Assembly: GCA_964016885.1 (NCBI GenBank)
Contig: OZ024744.1
Location: 104,470,001 to 104,534,000 of the forward strand
Direction: 5' to 3'
DNA: 64,000 bases
Source: Eledone cirrhosa
Lineage: Eukaryota
The translations under genes were made by a program, and so were the position numbers. Positions 32,725 to 45,414 of the stretch are shown here, in pieces (the stretch's first letter is position 1; each line of letters starts with the position of its first letter). The notes beneath the pieces were generated by a model, which saw only the letters and a list, made by a program, of their open reading frames with translations, was not told the DNA's origin and searched no databases.

Positions 32725-33458
32725 TTTACAGTTTGAAACTGCTCAGCTATATTTTCATTTTGAACAACAAGCCAAGTGTGCTTGAGGTAGTTTTCAACAT
32801 GTAGAACAAATGATTTTAATTCATTTCTGGTTTTTCAAGATACAATACTAAAAACCTGTTACAATGTATTCAATGTGAAGGAATCTTCAAATTGATTATA
32901 TAAAGTTGATTTTCTCTCTTTCTCTTACTAAAACTGTGAAATATTTGTTCTGGAATTTACTATTGAAAATACACGAGATCTTCATAAATGTAGGAAATAA
33001 ATAAAAGATAGATGTTTTTAAGATTCCAAGACAAACCAAATAAATTGAAGACTGAAGATTGTAAGAAATATGATTTTCAAAAGAGTAACAGAGTTGGAAG
33101 TAAAGAAGTTCCATTAATAAAAAGAAAATTTTTTAGAGAGATACACACAAATTCTGAAAGACATTTTGTTCCACTTCAATGGAATACCATTAACATTTAC
33201 AGAAGTTGAACAATTGGCAAGAATGGTGATCATTATGTAAATCATTCTGATTATCACAATTACACTCCTCCCCTATGCTCATTAAATATCTGTAATCATG
33301 TTAATAGTATTTTAAATAAAATTTTGGTTTTTGCTTATGTGGTCAGTAAAGTTTTTAAATTCATTTTAATGAAAATACATGAGAGATAAATGTTATTTTA
33401 ATGAACTAAATCTCAAACTGGAACAAAAAATATGATGGAATATTAACAGCTAACTGCT

Positions 33459-35496
33459 TTCTTCAGTCAGTGACATATAATGTTAATGTCACCAGATGTC
33501 AAGTCAATTCTTCAGTCAGTGACATATAACGTTAATATGTCACCAGATGTCAAGTCAATTCTTCAGTCAGTGACATATAACGTTATAACGTTAATGTCAC
33601 CAGATGTCAAGTCAATGACATATAACGTTAATATGTCACCAGATGTCATGTCAATTCTTCAGTCAGTGACATATAACGTTAATGTCACCAGATGTCAAGT
33701 CAATTCTTCAGTCACTGACATATAATGTTAGTGTCACCAGATGTCATGTCAATTCTTGTCAGTGACATATAATGTTAATATGTCACCAGATGTCAAGTAA
33801 ATTCTTCAGTCAGTGACATATAAAGTTAATGTCACCAGATGTCAAGTCAATTCTTCAGTCAGTGACATATAATGTTAATATGTCACCAGATGTCAAGTCA
33901 ATTCTTCAGTCAGTGACTTATAATGTTAATATGTCACCAGATGTCAAGTAAATTCTTCACTGACATTTAATGTTATATGCCACCAGATGTAATGTCAATT
34001 CTTCAGTCAGTGACATATAATGTTAATATGTCACCAGATGTCATGTCAATTCTTCAGTCAGTGACATATAATGTTAATATGCCACCAGATGTAATGTCAA
34101 TTCTTCAGTCAGTGACACATAATGTTAATATGTCACCAGATGTCAAGTAAATTCTTCAGTCAGTGACATATAATGTTAATGTCACCAGATGTCAAGTAAA
34201 TTCTTCACTGACATTTAATGTTAATGTCACCAGATGTCATGTCAATTCTTCAGTCAGTGACATATAATGTTAATATGTCACCAGATGTCAAGTCAATTCT
34301 TCAGTCAGTGACATATAATGTTAATATGTCACCAGATGTCAAGTCAATTCTTCAGTCAGTGACATATAATGTTAATGTCACCAGATGTCAAGTCAATTCT
34401 TCAGTCAGTGACTTATAATGTTAATATGCCACCAGATGTAATGTCAATTCTTCAGTCAGTGACATATAATGTTAATATGTCACCAGATGTCAAGTCAATT
34501 CTTCAGTCAGTGACATATAATGTTAATATGTCACCAGATGTCAAGTCAATTCTTCAGTCAGTGACATATAATGTTAATATGCCACCAGATGTCAATTCTT
34601 CAGTCAGTGACATATAATGTTAATATGTCACCAGATGTCAAGTCAATTCTTCAGTCAGTGACATATAATGTTAATATGTCACCAGATGTCAAGTCAATTC
34701 TTCAGTCAGTGACATATAATGTTAATGTCACCAGATGTCAAGTCAATTCTTCAGTCAGTGACATATAATGTTAATATGTCACCAGATGTCAAGTCAATTC
34801 TTCAGTCAGTGACATATAATGTTAATATGTCACCAGATGTCAAGTCAATTCTTCAGTCAGTGACATATAATGTTAATGTCACCAGATGTCAAGTCAATTC
34901 TTCAGTCAGTGACTTATAATGTTAATATGTCACCAGATGTCAAGTAAATTCTTCACTGACATTTAATGTTAATATGCCACCAGATGTAATGTCAATTCTT
35001 CAGTCAGTGACATATAATGTTAATATGTCACCAGATGTCAAGTCAATTCTTCAGTCAGTGACATATAATGTTAATGTCACCAGATGTCAAGTCAATTCTT
35101 CAGTCAGTGACTTATAATGTTAATATGCCACCAGATGTAATGTCAATTCTTCAGTCAGTGACATATAATGTTAATATGTCACCAGATGTCAAGTCAATTC
35201 TTCAGTCAGTGACATATAATGTTAATATGTCACCAGATGTCAAGTCAATTCTTCAGTCAGTGACATATAATGTTAATATGCCACCAGATGTCAAGTCAAT
35301 TCTTCAGTCAGTGACATATAATGTTAATATGCCACCAGATGTCAAGTCAATTCTTCAGTCAGTGACATATAATGTTAATATGTCACCAGATGTCAAGTCA
35401 ATTCTTCAGTCAGTGACTTATAATGTTAATATGTCACCAGATGTCAAGTCAATTCTTCAGTCAGTGACTTATAATGTTAATATGTCACCAGATGTC
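33459..35496. repeat. Minisatellite, 51-bp monomer TCTTCAGTCAGTGACATATAATGTTAATATGTCACCAGATGTCAAGTCAAT (~40 copies, with 49-bp variants)
   Basis: Visible tandem units. The ORF track shows the matching 17-aa period. Confidence 0.97.
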
Positions 35497-35736
35497 GGTT
35501 CACAGGCGCTTGCTGCCCACCTATATCTCGGATAAATAAAGTTCCTTGCTCAATGCCAGAAAGCAATGTTAGGAGCAAGATTGTGCACACAACCTTGAGG
35601 AGTCTACTACTTTAACAACAACAATAACAACAACATCCCTGTTGGTTTGTTTGGTTGGATTATCTTCTTTTTTTTATATTTTTGTGTATCAACAAATGGC
35701 ATCAAGGAAAAGGATTGAGAGATTCTTCAAGATGTC

Positions 35737-35802
35737 CCCCTTAATTCTGTTAATGGAAGTCTCCATACTCCCCTTAATTCTGTTAATGGAAGTCTCCATA
35801 CT
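35737..35802. repeat. 33-bp direct tandem duplication
   Basis: CCCCTTAATTCTGTTAATGGAAGTCTCCATACT occurs twice. Confidence 0.85.
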
Positions 35803-37377
35803 TTCAGCAATACTAAATACTATTTTATGTTATAGATTTTTAACGGAGCCAAAAAAAAAAAAGAAAAGAAAAGTTAATGGAAGCTTACATATTACTACTT
35901 TACTACGGACGGTGTTGAGAGCTAAAACAAAAAGTATAGGTCATAGGTTATCTGATATCAAAAGCCATTAGGTAATAAGGAAATAAGTTAATATTTCTTG
36001 GATATTGAATCAATTCTCATAAGATTTCTTCACAGAAGAATTAGCTTGGACTCAAAATGCAACCAAAAATTAACCTTTCTCATTTCCACCCAAAATCCAA
36101 AATTTATCTGTAGCTGCCAATATAATAAGACATATTGAAATCTATTTCAACAAATATTGTTTATAAATTACATCACTAGTCCCTTTCAATTACAGCTGCT
36201 TAAAAATATTATCTATAAATATGTTTTACTAATGTAAACCTTCTATCAGTTATATTGCACCATCTTTCTGCCACAAGTATTCAATATTTTGAAACAGAAA
36301 TGGATAGACATGAAATAAATATAACGAGAGGTATCACAAACGAAGTGTAGTACAGCAGTATGAGAGTATAACAATCTAAAGCAGTGCTCGTCAACATAGG
36401 TGGGACCACCCACAGGTAAGAGATTTCAGGTGGGCAACAAAAACCTGTCAAAGATGAAGAGACAATACACAGTTAACAACATATTTCTGGTATATTTTGC
36501 TGGTTCCTGACATATAATGATACTCTAATGAAGCCCTCCCATAAATATTCCTAAATTGGTATTTACTGGCAACAATTTGTTGTTTTTCTGAAACTTTTTA
36601 ACACTTTATAATGGTAAGCCTTGTTAAAAGTTAACCATAGCCTAAGTTTTTGGGGGGAAGTCAGGCAACTCTGGTTAACAATTGTGGTTGTCATTAACAG
36701 TGCTTCAGCTAATTACTGTTTTGGTTGTTGCGTTGAATGGAAGCCATGTTTTCATTCGATGTGGGTTTTGTTTAGGTTTTATTAGATGTGCATTTCATTA
36801 CAATTGTTATTTCCATTATTAAACTTGGCCAATTATTGTCATTAAAATTGTTCTTTGATGTTTATCTTTTACTTTTAAATCTCTCATTAAGTTGTTTAGT
36901 AAATCTAACGAGAATATTACATCTACAGAAGGATTATTTATTAATGATACTTTTTGAGTTGGCTTCTTTATTGTTATTTTATATAGCTACAGTCTGTTCT
37001 TTCTTAAATATCTAGATTAGATCTAATACTAATGAATCATTATGATTCACAATACCTTGAAATATAGATCCGAGCTTGTACCAAGAACTGAATGCAGACC
37101 ACTGCTGTGTTTTTTCCCCTTGGTGATATTACTACTGTATACTATTGCCCTTGGTCATATTGCTACTGGGTGCTAGTCCTTGGTCTTATTGCTTCTGTGT
37201 GTTATTGACCTTGGTCATATTACTACTAGGTCATGTCACTACTGTATGCTATTGCCCTTGGTCACGTTTCTGATTTTTATTTTTTTTATATTTACAAAAA
37301 CCATGTTGCTGAAAAAGAAATATTCTTGTGGCTATTTAAAGATGGATTTCCTCAAATCTATAGATAACCAACTTGCA

Positions 37378-37987
37378 ATGTTTACTTATGTTCTACAGTA
37401 ATATGTTTACCGTGTCACAAGATATGTTCTACAGTAATATGTTTACTGTCAAGATATTTTCTATAGTAATATGTTTACTGTGTCAAGATATGTTCTATAG
37501 TAATGTTTACTATGTCACAAGATATGTTCTACAGTAATATGTTCTACAGTAATATGTTTACTGTCAAGATATTTTCTATAGTAATATGTTTACTGTGTCA
37601 CAAGATATGTTCTACAGTAATATGTTTACTGTCAAGATATTTTCTATAGTAATATGTTTACTGTGTCAAGATATGTTCTATAGTAATGTTTACTGTGTCA
37701 CAAGATATGTTCTACAGTAATATGTTCTACAGTAATATGTTTACTGTCAAGATATTTTCTTTAGTAATATGTTTACTGTGTCACAAGATATGTTCTACAG
37801 TAATATGTTTACTGTCAAGATATTTTCTATAGTAATATGTTTACTGTGTCAAGATATGTTCTATAGTAATGTTTACTGTGTCACAAGATATGTTCTACAG
37901 TAATATGTTCTACAGTAATACGTTTACCATATCACAAGATATGTTCTATAGTAATATGTTTACTGTGTCACAAGATATGTTCTATAG
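37378..37987. repeat. Minisatellite of 32-47 bp related units forming a 183-bp higher-order repeat (~3 copies)
   Basis: Base unit GATATGTTCTACAGTAATATGTTTACTGTGTCACAA. The five-unit pattern restarts at 37421, 37604 and 37787. Confidence 0.93.
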
Positions 37988-38478
37988 AAACTATGAAATC
38001 TAGTTGATTGCGAGAACATTTTGTTACAAAAATATCTCTAACAGAAAGACAAGCTTATTTTCAAGAACTATACCATAGAGTCTCAAATCATTCTATAATA
38101 TCTACTTCATTCAAAAAACAAAATGCAAAGAATGAAGATAGATCAGCTGCAGCTTATTGTGAATATATTACAATTAATTGAAAAAATAAAGTGGTAAAAG
38201 TCATAACAATGGAGCAATTTTGATAATACCTTCTATCAAATAATTTGTCTCAAATGCAATGCATCAGGATCAAACTGAAGGTAGACAAACATTGCCCGTT
38301 AGTTAGTATTATGGCATATCACCAGTCAACTTGATCTCTGTCATCACCTTCATTGCCCATTAGTGATAACTCAGTAAAGAAACACAATAACAAAATGATC
38401 GTTAACAGTGAAAATATAGCTATTCTCAAAAACTAACCATTTTCTATGCAGTTTGATGAGACTACCATAACAGATAAT

Positions 38479-38545
38479 AATTGTTTCTACTTTTGGCACA
38501 TGGCCAGCAATTACTCCAGTGTATTACTGGTGCTTTGTTTTATCA
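38479..38545 (-). mobile_element. 3' fragment of SINE family A
   Basis: Reverse complement of 41395-41460 (...TACCAGTAATACACTGGAATAATTGCTGGCCTTGTGCCAAAAGTA). Confidence 0.75.
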
Positions 38546-39394
38546 TAGGAGATAATAATGCTGCTTTATTAATGGTCTGTTACATATATAAAACCAAATT
38601 AGCAGGAGGCCCCTAATTGAATCGGTCATCTATTTTCTATTCTGTGTTTGAGTTCAACATAATTCTATTATACAATTCTGCAAATAACACCTGATGAAAT
38701 TGTCTTGTCTTGCAACATAATCAGATGATGAGGCTTAGCCATCAAATATGTATAGTGCTTTTGCAGAATTAAAATTCTAAAGTATATTTTCCAGTCCAGC
38801 CTTCTGTTGTTGCTTTAATGAGTATGTGTATATATATATATATAGTAGTTTGATAGAACCGTACATTGCAAGAAGAAAAGCTATTCACTTGAAATCTTAT
38901 TACAGAATCACATGGATTATCTACTTATCTACATTTACTGCTGTGAAATTATTCATTCCTAACAAATAACACACCTTTCTACAATATTGTTGTATGTGTG
39001 ACTTATGGAATAAGTGATATGTTGCTATTGTGGTTTTTGTTGCATATATGAAGCAAGAAGTCCTGAATGCTTTGTGCATTTATTGTGTGTTATAGACAAT
39101 ATTTTGTAGAAAAACATTAGAATACAACCTTCATTCACCATTAAATTTAAATACATCAAATGCTAAAATGTTTCACCAGCTGCCCGTGCTAGGATAACAA
39201 GGAGCAATGTATTAAATCATTTACTAGAAACACAACTTTGTTGGCTCTGAAAAGGTGTCAATTTGACTAGTTATGTCAAATTATATGAAAGTGTTTTAGA
39301 GGTTTTTTAAAATAAAAATGAAGTTGGTCTCTGACAACAATTAAGAACAATAAAGCATGATGCTTTTTATTTGCCAGGTATTTTCAGTAAAAGT

Positions 39395-41124
39395 GTCCAA
39401 AGTTAAAACATGGGAGGACATTGGGGTTAAACTGGAATCCAACATCTGTTCTGGCAGACTATAATAAGAGGTCCTCCTCCACATCTGCTATAAAGAACGG
39501 GTCTGAGGTTCTGTTCTCTTCTGAGAGGTCCATCCTCACAAGGTGGAGAGAATACTTTGCTGATCTCCTAAACCTGATCACAACAGTATCTTCTGATGTA
39601 CACGAGGTACATCTGGGAGCAGTGACTAATCTCTCTGAGGCTGAGGTCACAAGAGCTGTTAAAGAGCTCAAAAGAGGCATGATTGCTGGGGAAGATGAAA
39701 TCCGGCCCAAGATGTTAAAACCTTAAATAGAGAATATATTTTCTGGCAGACTTGTATGTGCCGGGTGGCCTGGATCTCTGGAAAGGTACCTAAGCAATGG
39801 CAATCGGGAGTGATAATACCAATTTTCAAAAAGGGAGACAAGAGAGATTGTTCTAATTAGAGGGATCTGTTAATATTGTTAAGCCTCCCCAGTAAAGTCT
39901 ATGCTAAGTCTCTGACAAAGAGATGCAGGGAGATTGTCGAGTCCAAGCTAGCTGATGAATAGTGTGGACTTCACCCCAGACACATCACAGCCAACCAAAT
40001 ATTTACACTGCTGCAGGTCTTCGAGAAATCGTTGCCAAGAGGAATATTCATGTTTTGTAGACCTCGAAAAGGCATATGACTGCATTCCTTGGGATCTGTT
40101 GTGGAAGGTTGTGCAGGAGTATGAGATCGATGATCAGCTGCTTGCTGCCCTGATGTCTCTATACAAATGCTCAATTATTTGTGTTCAGGTAAATGGTGCT
40201 AAATTATAACTATTCAATGTGGGAGTTTGACTCCGCCAAGGGTGCATACTGTCACCTCTTCTGTTCATTATTTTCATGCACAACCGTGTTTGAAGTGATA
40301 TCATGACTGGGAGGTGTAAAATCAGTCGGTCGGAGATTTGCAGATGACATGGTATTACTTAACTCAACAGAAGGTGATCTCCAACTTTCACTTGATAGGT
40401 TTGATGTCGAGTGCTGCATGGCTGGAATGAAAATCAGTGTTGCAAAAACTGCCCCCTCAAGGAAGCCTGTGCAGTGCACTCTACTTGTGAATGGAGTTCC
40501 ACTGATGCAGGTGCAGGAGTTCAAGTATCTTGGGGTTGTGATCATGAATGATGGAACGCAGGAGGCTAAATTAAGTGCAATAATTGCAAGTGCTGGTACA
40601 GTAATGCACCAGCTTCAGCATTCAGTAATAAAGGAGGTAGGTGTAAAAGTCAAACTCACTATCTTCAATTCACTATTATCATGCCAACCCTTACCTATGG
40701 TCACAAATCTTGGGTAATAACCATATAATCGCAAATACAAGTGGCCAAAATAGGGTTCCTCCAAACGGTCTTTGGTGTAACGTTACTCGATAGAGTACAT
40801 AGCTTAGAGATCAGAGAATCACCCTAGGTAGAGCTGCTACTTCTCCAAATTGAGAGATCACAGTTCCGATACTATGGACACATGGTTTGAATGTCTCAGG
40901 AAAGAATTGCGAAACAGATTATATGGGTGAAACCAACCGACAGGAGACTCAGGGGGTAGGCCGCGAGCAAGATGGTTGGATAACATCTATGAGCTTGGCT
41001 GGTCACACATGGGGATCCAGCCATATCAATTGGAGACGGTTGCTTCTGACACGACCTTCAGGAAAAAGTGTTTGAGGACTCTGTCCCCAACCACCCTCTC
41101 AGGAATAAGTGGGCAAAGAAGAAG
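39395..41124 (+). mobile_element. 5'-truncated, decayed RTE-clade LINE (Expander/Rex3-like) reverse transcriptase remnant
   Basis: RT motifs are spread across frames with stops and frameshifts: AGEDEIRPKMLK, GVIIPIFKKGDKRDCSN, FVDLEKAYDCIP, RQGCILSP, RFADD, QVQEFKYLG, QFRYYGH, RGRPRARWLDNI. The 3' end is CCCTCTCAGGAATAAGTGGGCAAAGAAGAAG. Confidence 0.93.
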
Positions 41125-41275
41125 TAAAGGTATTTTCAGGAAGTCTAACAAAATTAATTTGCAGCTTCAAGGAACCAATGCAATATTGTTAAGTTGCAAA
41201 AATTGTGTTGCATTATTCATAAAAAATTTGATCTCTTCCATCATAATATTCTGAAGAGGGAATTTCATTATTTTT

Positions 41276-41461
41276 GTGGATTGGCAGTATCGGTAGAGGG
41301 TCGGACGCCATGCTTTGCAGCACAGTTACGTCCCTTTATGGACTGAGTTCAAATCCCGCCGAGGTTGACTTTGCCTTTCATCCTTATCGGATCGATAAAA
41401 TAAAGTACCAGTAATACACTGGAATAATTGCTGGCCTTGTGCCAAAAGTAAAAACAATTAT
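41276..41461 (+). mobile_element. tRNA-derived SINE (family A)
   Basis: A-box-like TGGCAGTATCGG and B-box GAGTTCAAATCC, followed by GAGGTTGACTTTGCCTTTCATCC. Highly similar to 48537-48725. Confidence 0.9.
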
Positions 41462-41887
41462 TTTTTAGAATTGTGATTAATTAAAGATAATGAAGCTCCA
41501 GAGGATTTACTAGTAGCTTTCACTGCTGGTCTTAGTGCTGTAAATGATATTGTTGCCAGAGAAATTGTATAAAAATTGCTGAAAGAGGTGACCTACATTT
41601 CTTCATTATGAAAATTGAACCAGATATACCACAAGTTTCTCAACATCAGATGCAATGATCTTGTAAAACTAAAGGTAATTATAATTTATCACCTATATTT
41701 ATGCAAAATATGTAAGGTAATTTCAAATACTGTAACTTTTTTTTTTTTAACTGAAATATAAAGGAATGGTACAAAAATGTTACCCATACCAAAGTTACAA
41801 AAAACGGGCACTAAACATTTAAAGGTTGACGAGCACTGATCTAAAATGTAAATTTTCAGACAACTTGAAGGAAGAAATTTGTAATTC

Positions 41888-43533
41888 TCATATATCATCT
41901 ATATTATAAGAAGGTAATTTAAGGGTACAGTAGCCAACACCTGTTAAGCTGCGTGGTAAAGCACCGACCGTTTCCCAAATGCCAGTATAAACATCAAACC
42001 TAGAAACTAACTTCTGTCCAGTCTTTGTTTGAACATTATATCCTCCTAGAACATAAATTTGATCATTATATACAACACAAGATGCTTCTTTGTGTGAAAT
42101 GGATAATGGAGCGATAATAGACCACTGATCAACAGCAGGATCATAGCATTCTGATTGCATCACAGGTTGAGCTTGTTGATTTGCATTCAGGTTGCAACCA
42201 CCAAAAACAAACAGTTTATCTTGTGCCACACACATTACATGCCATCCACGTGGAGTTAACATCGTTGCCATATCTTCCCACTGATTTGTCAAAGGATCAT
42301 ACCTTTGCATATCAGGAGTGAAATGATTTCCACTGTAACCACCTGAAACATAAATATAGTTACCAAATACAGCTCCTGCATGAGCATGATACGACATGGG
42401 CATTGGAGCTATTAAATCCCACGTATTGTCAGAAGGGTCGTAACACTCTGCACTAGCAAGACTGCCATCTTTGTACTTTCCTCCAACAGCATATATTTTA
42501 TTATGTAGTGCACCAGAAAAAAAATATGCCCTTTTATTCAACATAGGACAAATCTGATACCAGTTGTCAAATTTTGGATCATATCGTAAAACTAAATTCA
42601 CAGCAGATTCTCCATGAGCACATTGGGTTGTACATCCACCAAGCACATACAAAAAGTTATTAAATACTACAACTTGCATGTGACTCAAAGCACTGGGGAG
42701 AGAAGCAATTTCTTGGCGATTTAATAAACTGTTTGCAGTAATTTTTGAGTCAAATATATATATTTCATCATGGACACATGGATTGGGGTGAATCTCCCTG
42801 CCTCCAACACTCACTAACCGCTCAACAAATGAGCGGAGTTGAACATTAAGGGAAGCAATCAAAGGCTGTGAATGAGGAACAACATGATAGTTGAGGGCAT
42901 GTAAAACCATCTGTCGCAATTCTGGGATAGACATCATCATATCAACACTTTGTACATGTTGAACTAAATCAGAAGGACTAATCAGTGGAAATCTTATCAG
43001 TTTCATTAAGCTAACAGCATGACTCTCATGAGCACTGTCTTGACGAAGCCAATCCCATGTTATTGTAAAAATATCAATTTCTCGAAGACTTAGATTCTCA
43101 CTATTCAAGCAATTGAGCATCTGTTCATAAGTTAAAAGATGCAATGTACCTTCACGGGCAATTTGCATCAAATTTTTTGCGATAAAGACATCAATTTGCT
43201 TCAAAGCATTATTCATGCTGTAAAGTTTGGCTGTGTTGATAAAATCATAAAAATTTGTAGTTGTCATGCCACTGAGAAAATTTCTTTCACAAAATTCTAT
43301 TACAGGCGTTACTTGTAGGTGTGTTGCTGCAGCAATGACATCAAATATGTCATCTCCTTCCAGACACGTGGTTGATGTATAAATTATCTCTAGAACTTTA
43401 TCCAGTCCTTTGCTGGTGACACCTTTCAGTTCTATTTCCTTTTGATGACTCTCCCTCATCCCACCGGTGAACATAGAACGAAAATAGTCCGAGCAGGAAA
43501 CAAGAATAACTCTATGAACATGAAATTTATGAC
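41888..43533 (-). CDS. Kelch-like protein (BTB-BACK-Kelch; KLHL9/13/26/36-like subgroup, most reminiscent of KLHL26), large terminal coding exon
   Basis: The 528-aa ORF extends upstream as (G)HKFHVHRVILVSCSDYFRSMFTGGMRE, the BTB signature, to a TTTACTGTTTCAG acceptor at 43534-43536 (phase 1). The BACK domain (IRFPLI) is followed by Kelch repeats (LYVLGG, IYAVGG, IYVSGG, LFVFGG, IYVLGG, with Y-D-P...W motifs). The TGA stop is at 41888-41890. Confidence 0.97.
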
Positions 43534-43546
43534 CTGAAACAGTAAA

Positions 43547-44732
43547 TAAACATGTTTAAAGTTAATAGTTATAAACAGAATCTCTATCTAAACATGTTTA
43601 AAGTTAATAGTTATAAACAGAATCTCTATCTAAACATGTTTAAAGTTAATAGTTATAAAACTGAATCTCTATCTAAACATGTTTAAAGTTAATAGTTATA
43701 AACAGAATCTCTATCTAAACATGTTTAAAGTTAATAGTTATAAACAGAATCTCTATCTAAACATGTTTAAAGTTAATAGTTATAAACAGAATCTCTATCT
43801 AAACATGTTTAAAGTTAATAGTTATAAACAGAATCTCTATCTAAACATGTTTAAAGTTAATAGTTATAAACAGAATCTCTATCTAAACATGTTTAAAGTT
43901 AATAGTTATAAACAGAATCTCTATCTAAACATGTTTAAAGTTAATAGTTATAAAACTGAATCTCTATCTAAACATGTTTAAAGTTAATAGTTATAAAACT
44001 GAATCTCTATCTAAACATGTTTAAAGTTAATAGTTATAAACAGAATCTCTATCTAAACATGTTTAAAGTTAATAGTTATAAAACTGAATCTCTATCTAAA
44101 CATGTTTAAAGTTAATAGTTATAAAACTGAATCTCTATCTAAACATGTTTAAAGTTAATAGTTATAAACAGAATCTCTATCTAAACATGTTTAAAGTTAA
44201 TAGTTATAAACAGAATCTCTATCTAAACATGTTTAAAGTTAATAGTTATAAACAGAATCTCTATCTAAACATGTTTAAAGTTAATAGTTATAAACAGAAT
44301 CTCTATCTAAACATGTTTAAAGTTAATAGTTATAAAACTGAATCTCTATCTAAACATGTTTAAAGTTAATAGTTATAAACAGAATCTCTATCTAAACATG
44401 TTTAAAGTTAATAGTTATAAAACTGAATCTCTATCTAAACATGTTTAAAGTTAATAGTTATAAAACTGAATCTCTATCTAAACATGTTTAAAGTTAATAG
44501 TTATAAACAGAATCTCTATCTAAACATGTTTAAAGTTAATAGTTATAAAACTGAATCTCTATCTAAACATGTTTAAAGTTAATAGTTATAAACAGAATCT
44601 CTATCTAAACATGTTTAAAGTTAATAGTTATAAAACTGAATCTCTATCTAAACATGTTTAAAGTTAATAGTTATAAACAGAATCTCTATCTAAACATGTT
44701 TAAAGTTAATAGTTATAAAACTGAATCTCTAT
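43547..44732. repeat. Intronic minisatellite, 42/43-bp monomer TAAACATGTTTAAAGTTAATAGTTATAAACAGAATCTCTATC (~28 copies)
   Basis: Nearly invariant units of two types (AAACAG and AAAACTG), abutting the Kelch exon splice acceptor. Confidence 0.97.
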
Positions 44733-44751
44733 TAAAGTTTCTTTCTTTAAT

Positions 44752-44906
44752 CATAATAATACAATTAACTTAATACAATTACTTTAGTCAGTCATAATTA
44801 ATACAATTAATTTAGTTAACCATAATTAATACAATCAATTAATTAACCATAATTAATACAATTAATTTAATTAACCATAATTAGTACAATCAATTTAGTT
44901 AACCAA
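44752..44906. repeat. Degenerate AT-rich ~28-bp tandem repeat (CATAATTAATACAATTAATTTAGTTAAC)
   Basis: About five units. Further units resume at about 45134 and 45350 after inserted elements. Confidence 0.75.
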
Positions 44907-44907
44907 A

Positions 44908-45129
44908 ATAATTGTTTCTACTTTTAACACAAGACTAGCAATTTGAAAGAAAGGGGAAAGTCAATTAAATCAACCCCAGTGTGTCACTGGTACTTTATTT
45001 TATCGACTCCATAAGGATGAAAGGCAAAGTTAACTTCGGTGGTATTTGAACTCAGAACATAAAGGGTCATAACTATATGCCACAATGCTTGTCGTCCGAG
45101 GCTCTAACAAGGCTGCTAATCCACTGCCC
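44908..45129 (-). mobile_element. tRNA-derived SINE (family A), full length
   Basis: GGATGAAAGGCAAAGTTAACTTCGGTGGTATTTGAACTCAG body. The head CTAATCCACTGCCC is the reverse complement of the head of the 48537 copy. Confidence 0.88.
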
Positions 45130-45167
45130 TTGAGTGAACCATAATAATATAATCAATTTAATTAGCC

Positions 45168-45349
45168 ATCATCATCACCATTTAACGTCCATTTTTCCAT
45201 GCTTTCATAAGTCAGACAGGTCGTCCACATCAAGAGACAAGTCTGGCCAAAAGTGGCCACGCCGTACCTTGCTCTGACAGGACTGTAAATTTGGCCGGGG
45301 TTTTTTCAGCTGGATGACCTTCCTAACACCAACCACATTTACAGTGTGG
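45168..45349 (-). mobile_element. SINE/RTE-type 3' tail fragment
   Basis: (CAT)n-CATTTAACGTCCATTTTTCCATGC...CAGCTGGATGACCTTCCTAACACCAACCACATTTACAGTGTG. Confidence 0.75.
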
Positions 45350-45414
45350 CCATAATTAATACAATTAATTTAATTATTAAGGTTTAAAAATATGTGAAAC
45401 GATGTTTTAATTAA

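Noticed and set aside
32300-33250. Purine-rich unique stretch with short ORFs (33012-33209)
   Set aside because: There is no recognisable motif and stops are frequent. It may be a decayed element but is not identifiable by eye.
352-35535. Dozens of ORFs in the 25-, 47- and 51-bp arrays (MSQYLTLYHV..., MSPDVKSILQ...)
   Set aside because: They are translations of tandem DNA. Unit lengths often break frame, there is no domain similarity and no splice context.
39421-41254. Several short ORFs as independent genes
   Set aside because: They are fragments of a single frameshifted RTE LINE ORF or its antisense.
43547-44732. AAACATGTTT in each 42-bp unit matches the p53 half-site RRRCWWGYYY
   Set aside because: The half-sites are about 32 bp apart, not the adjacent pairs of canonical response elements, and such a match is easy to get in AT-rich palindromes.
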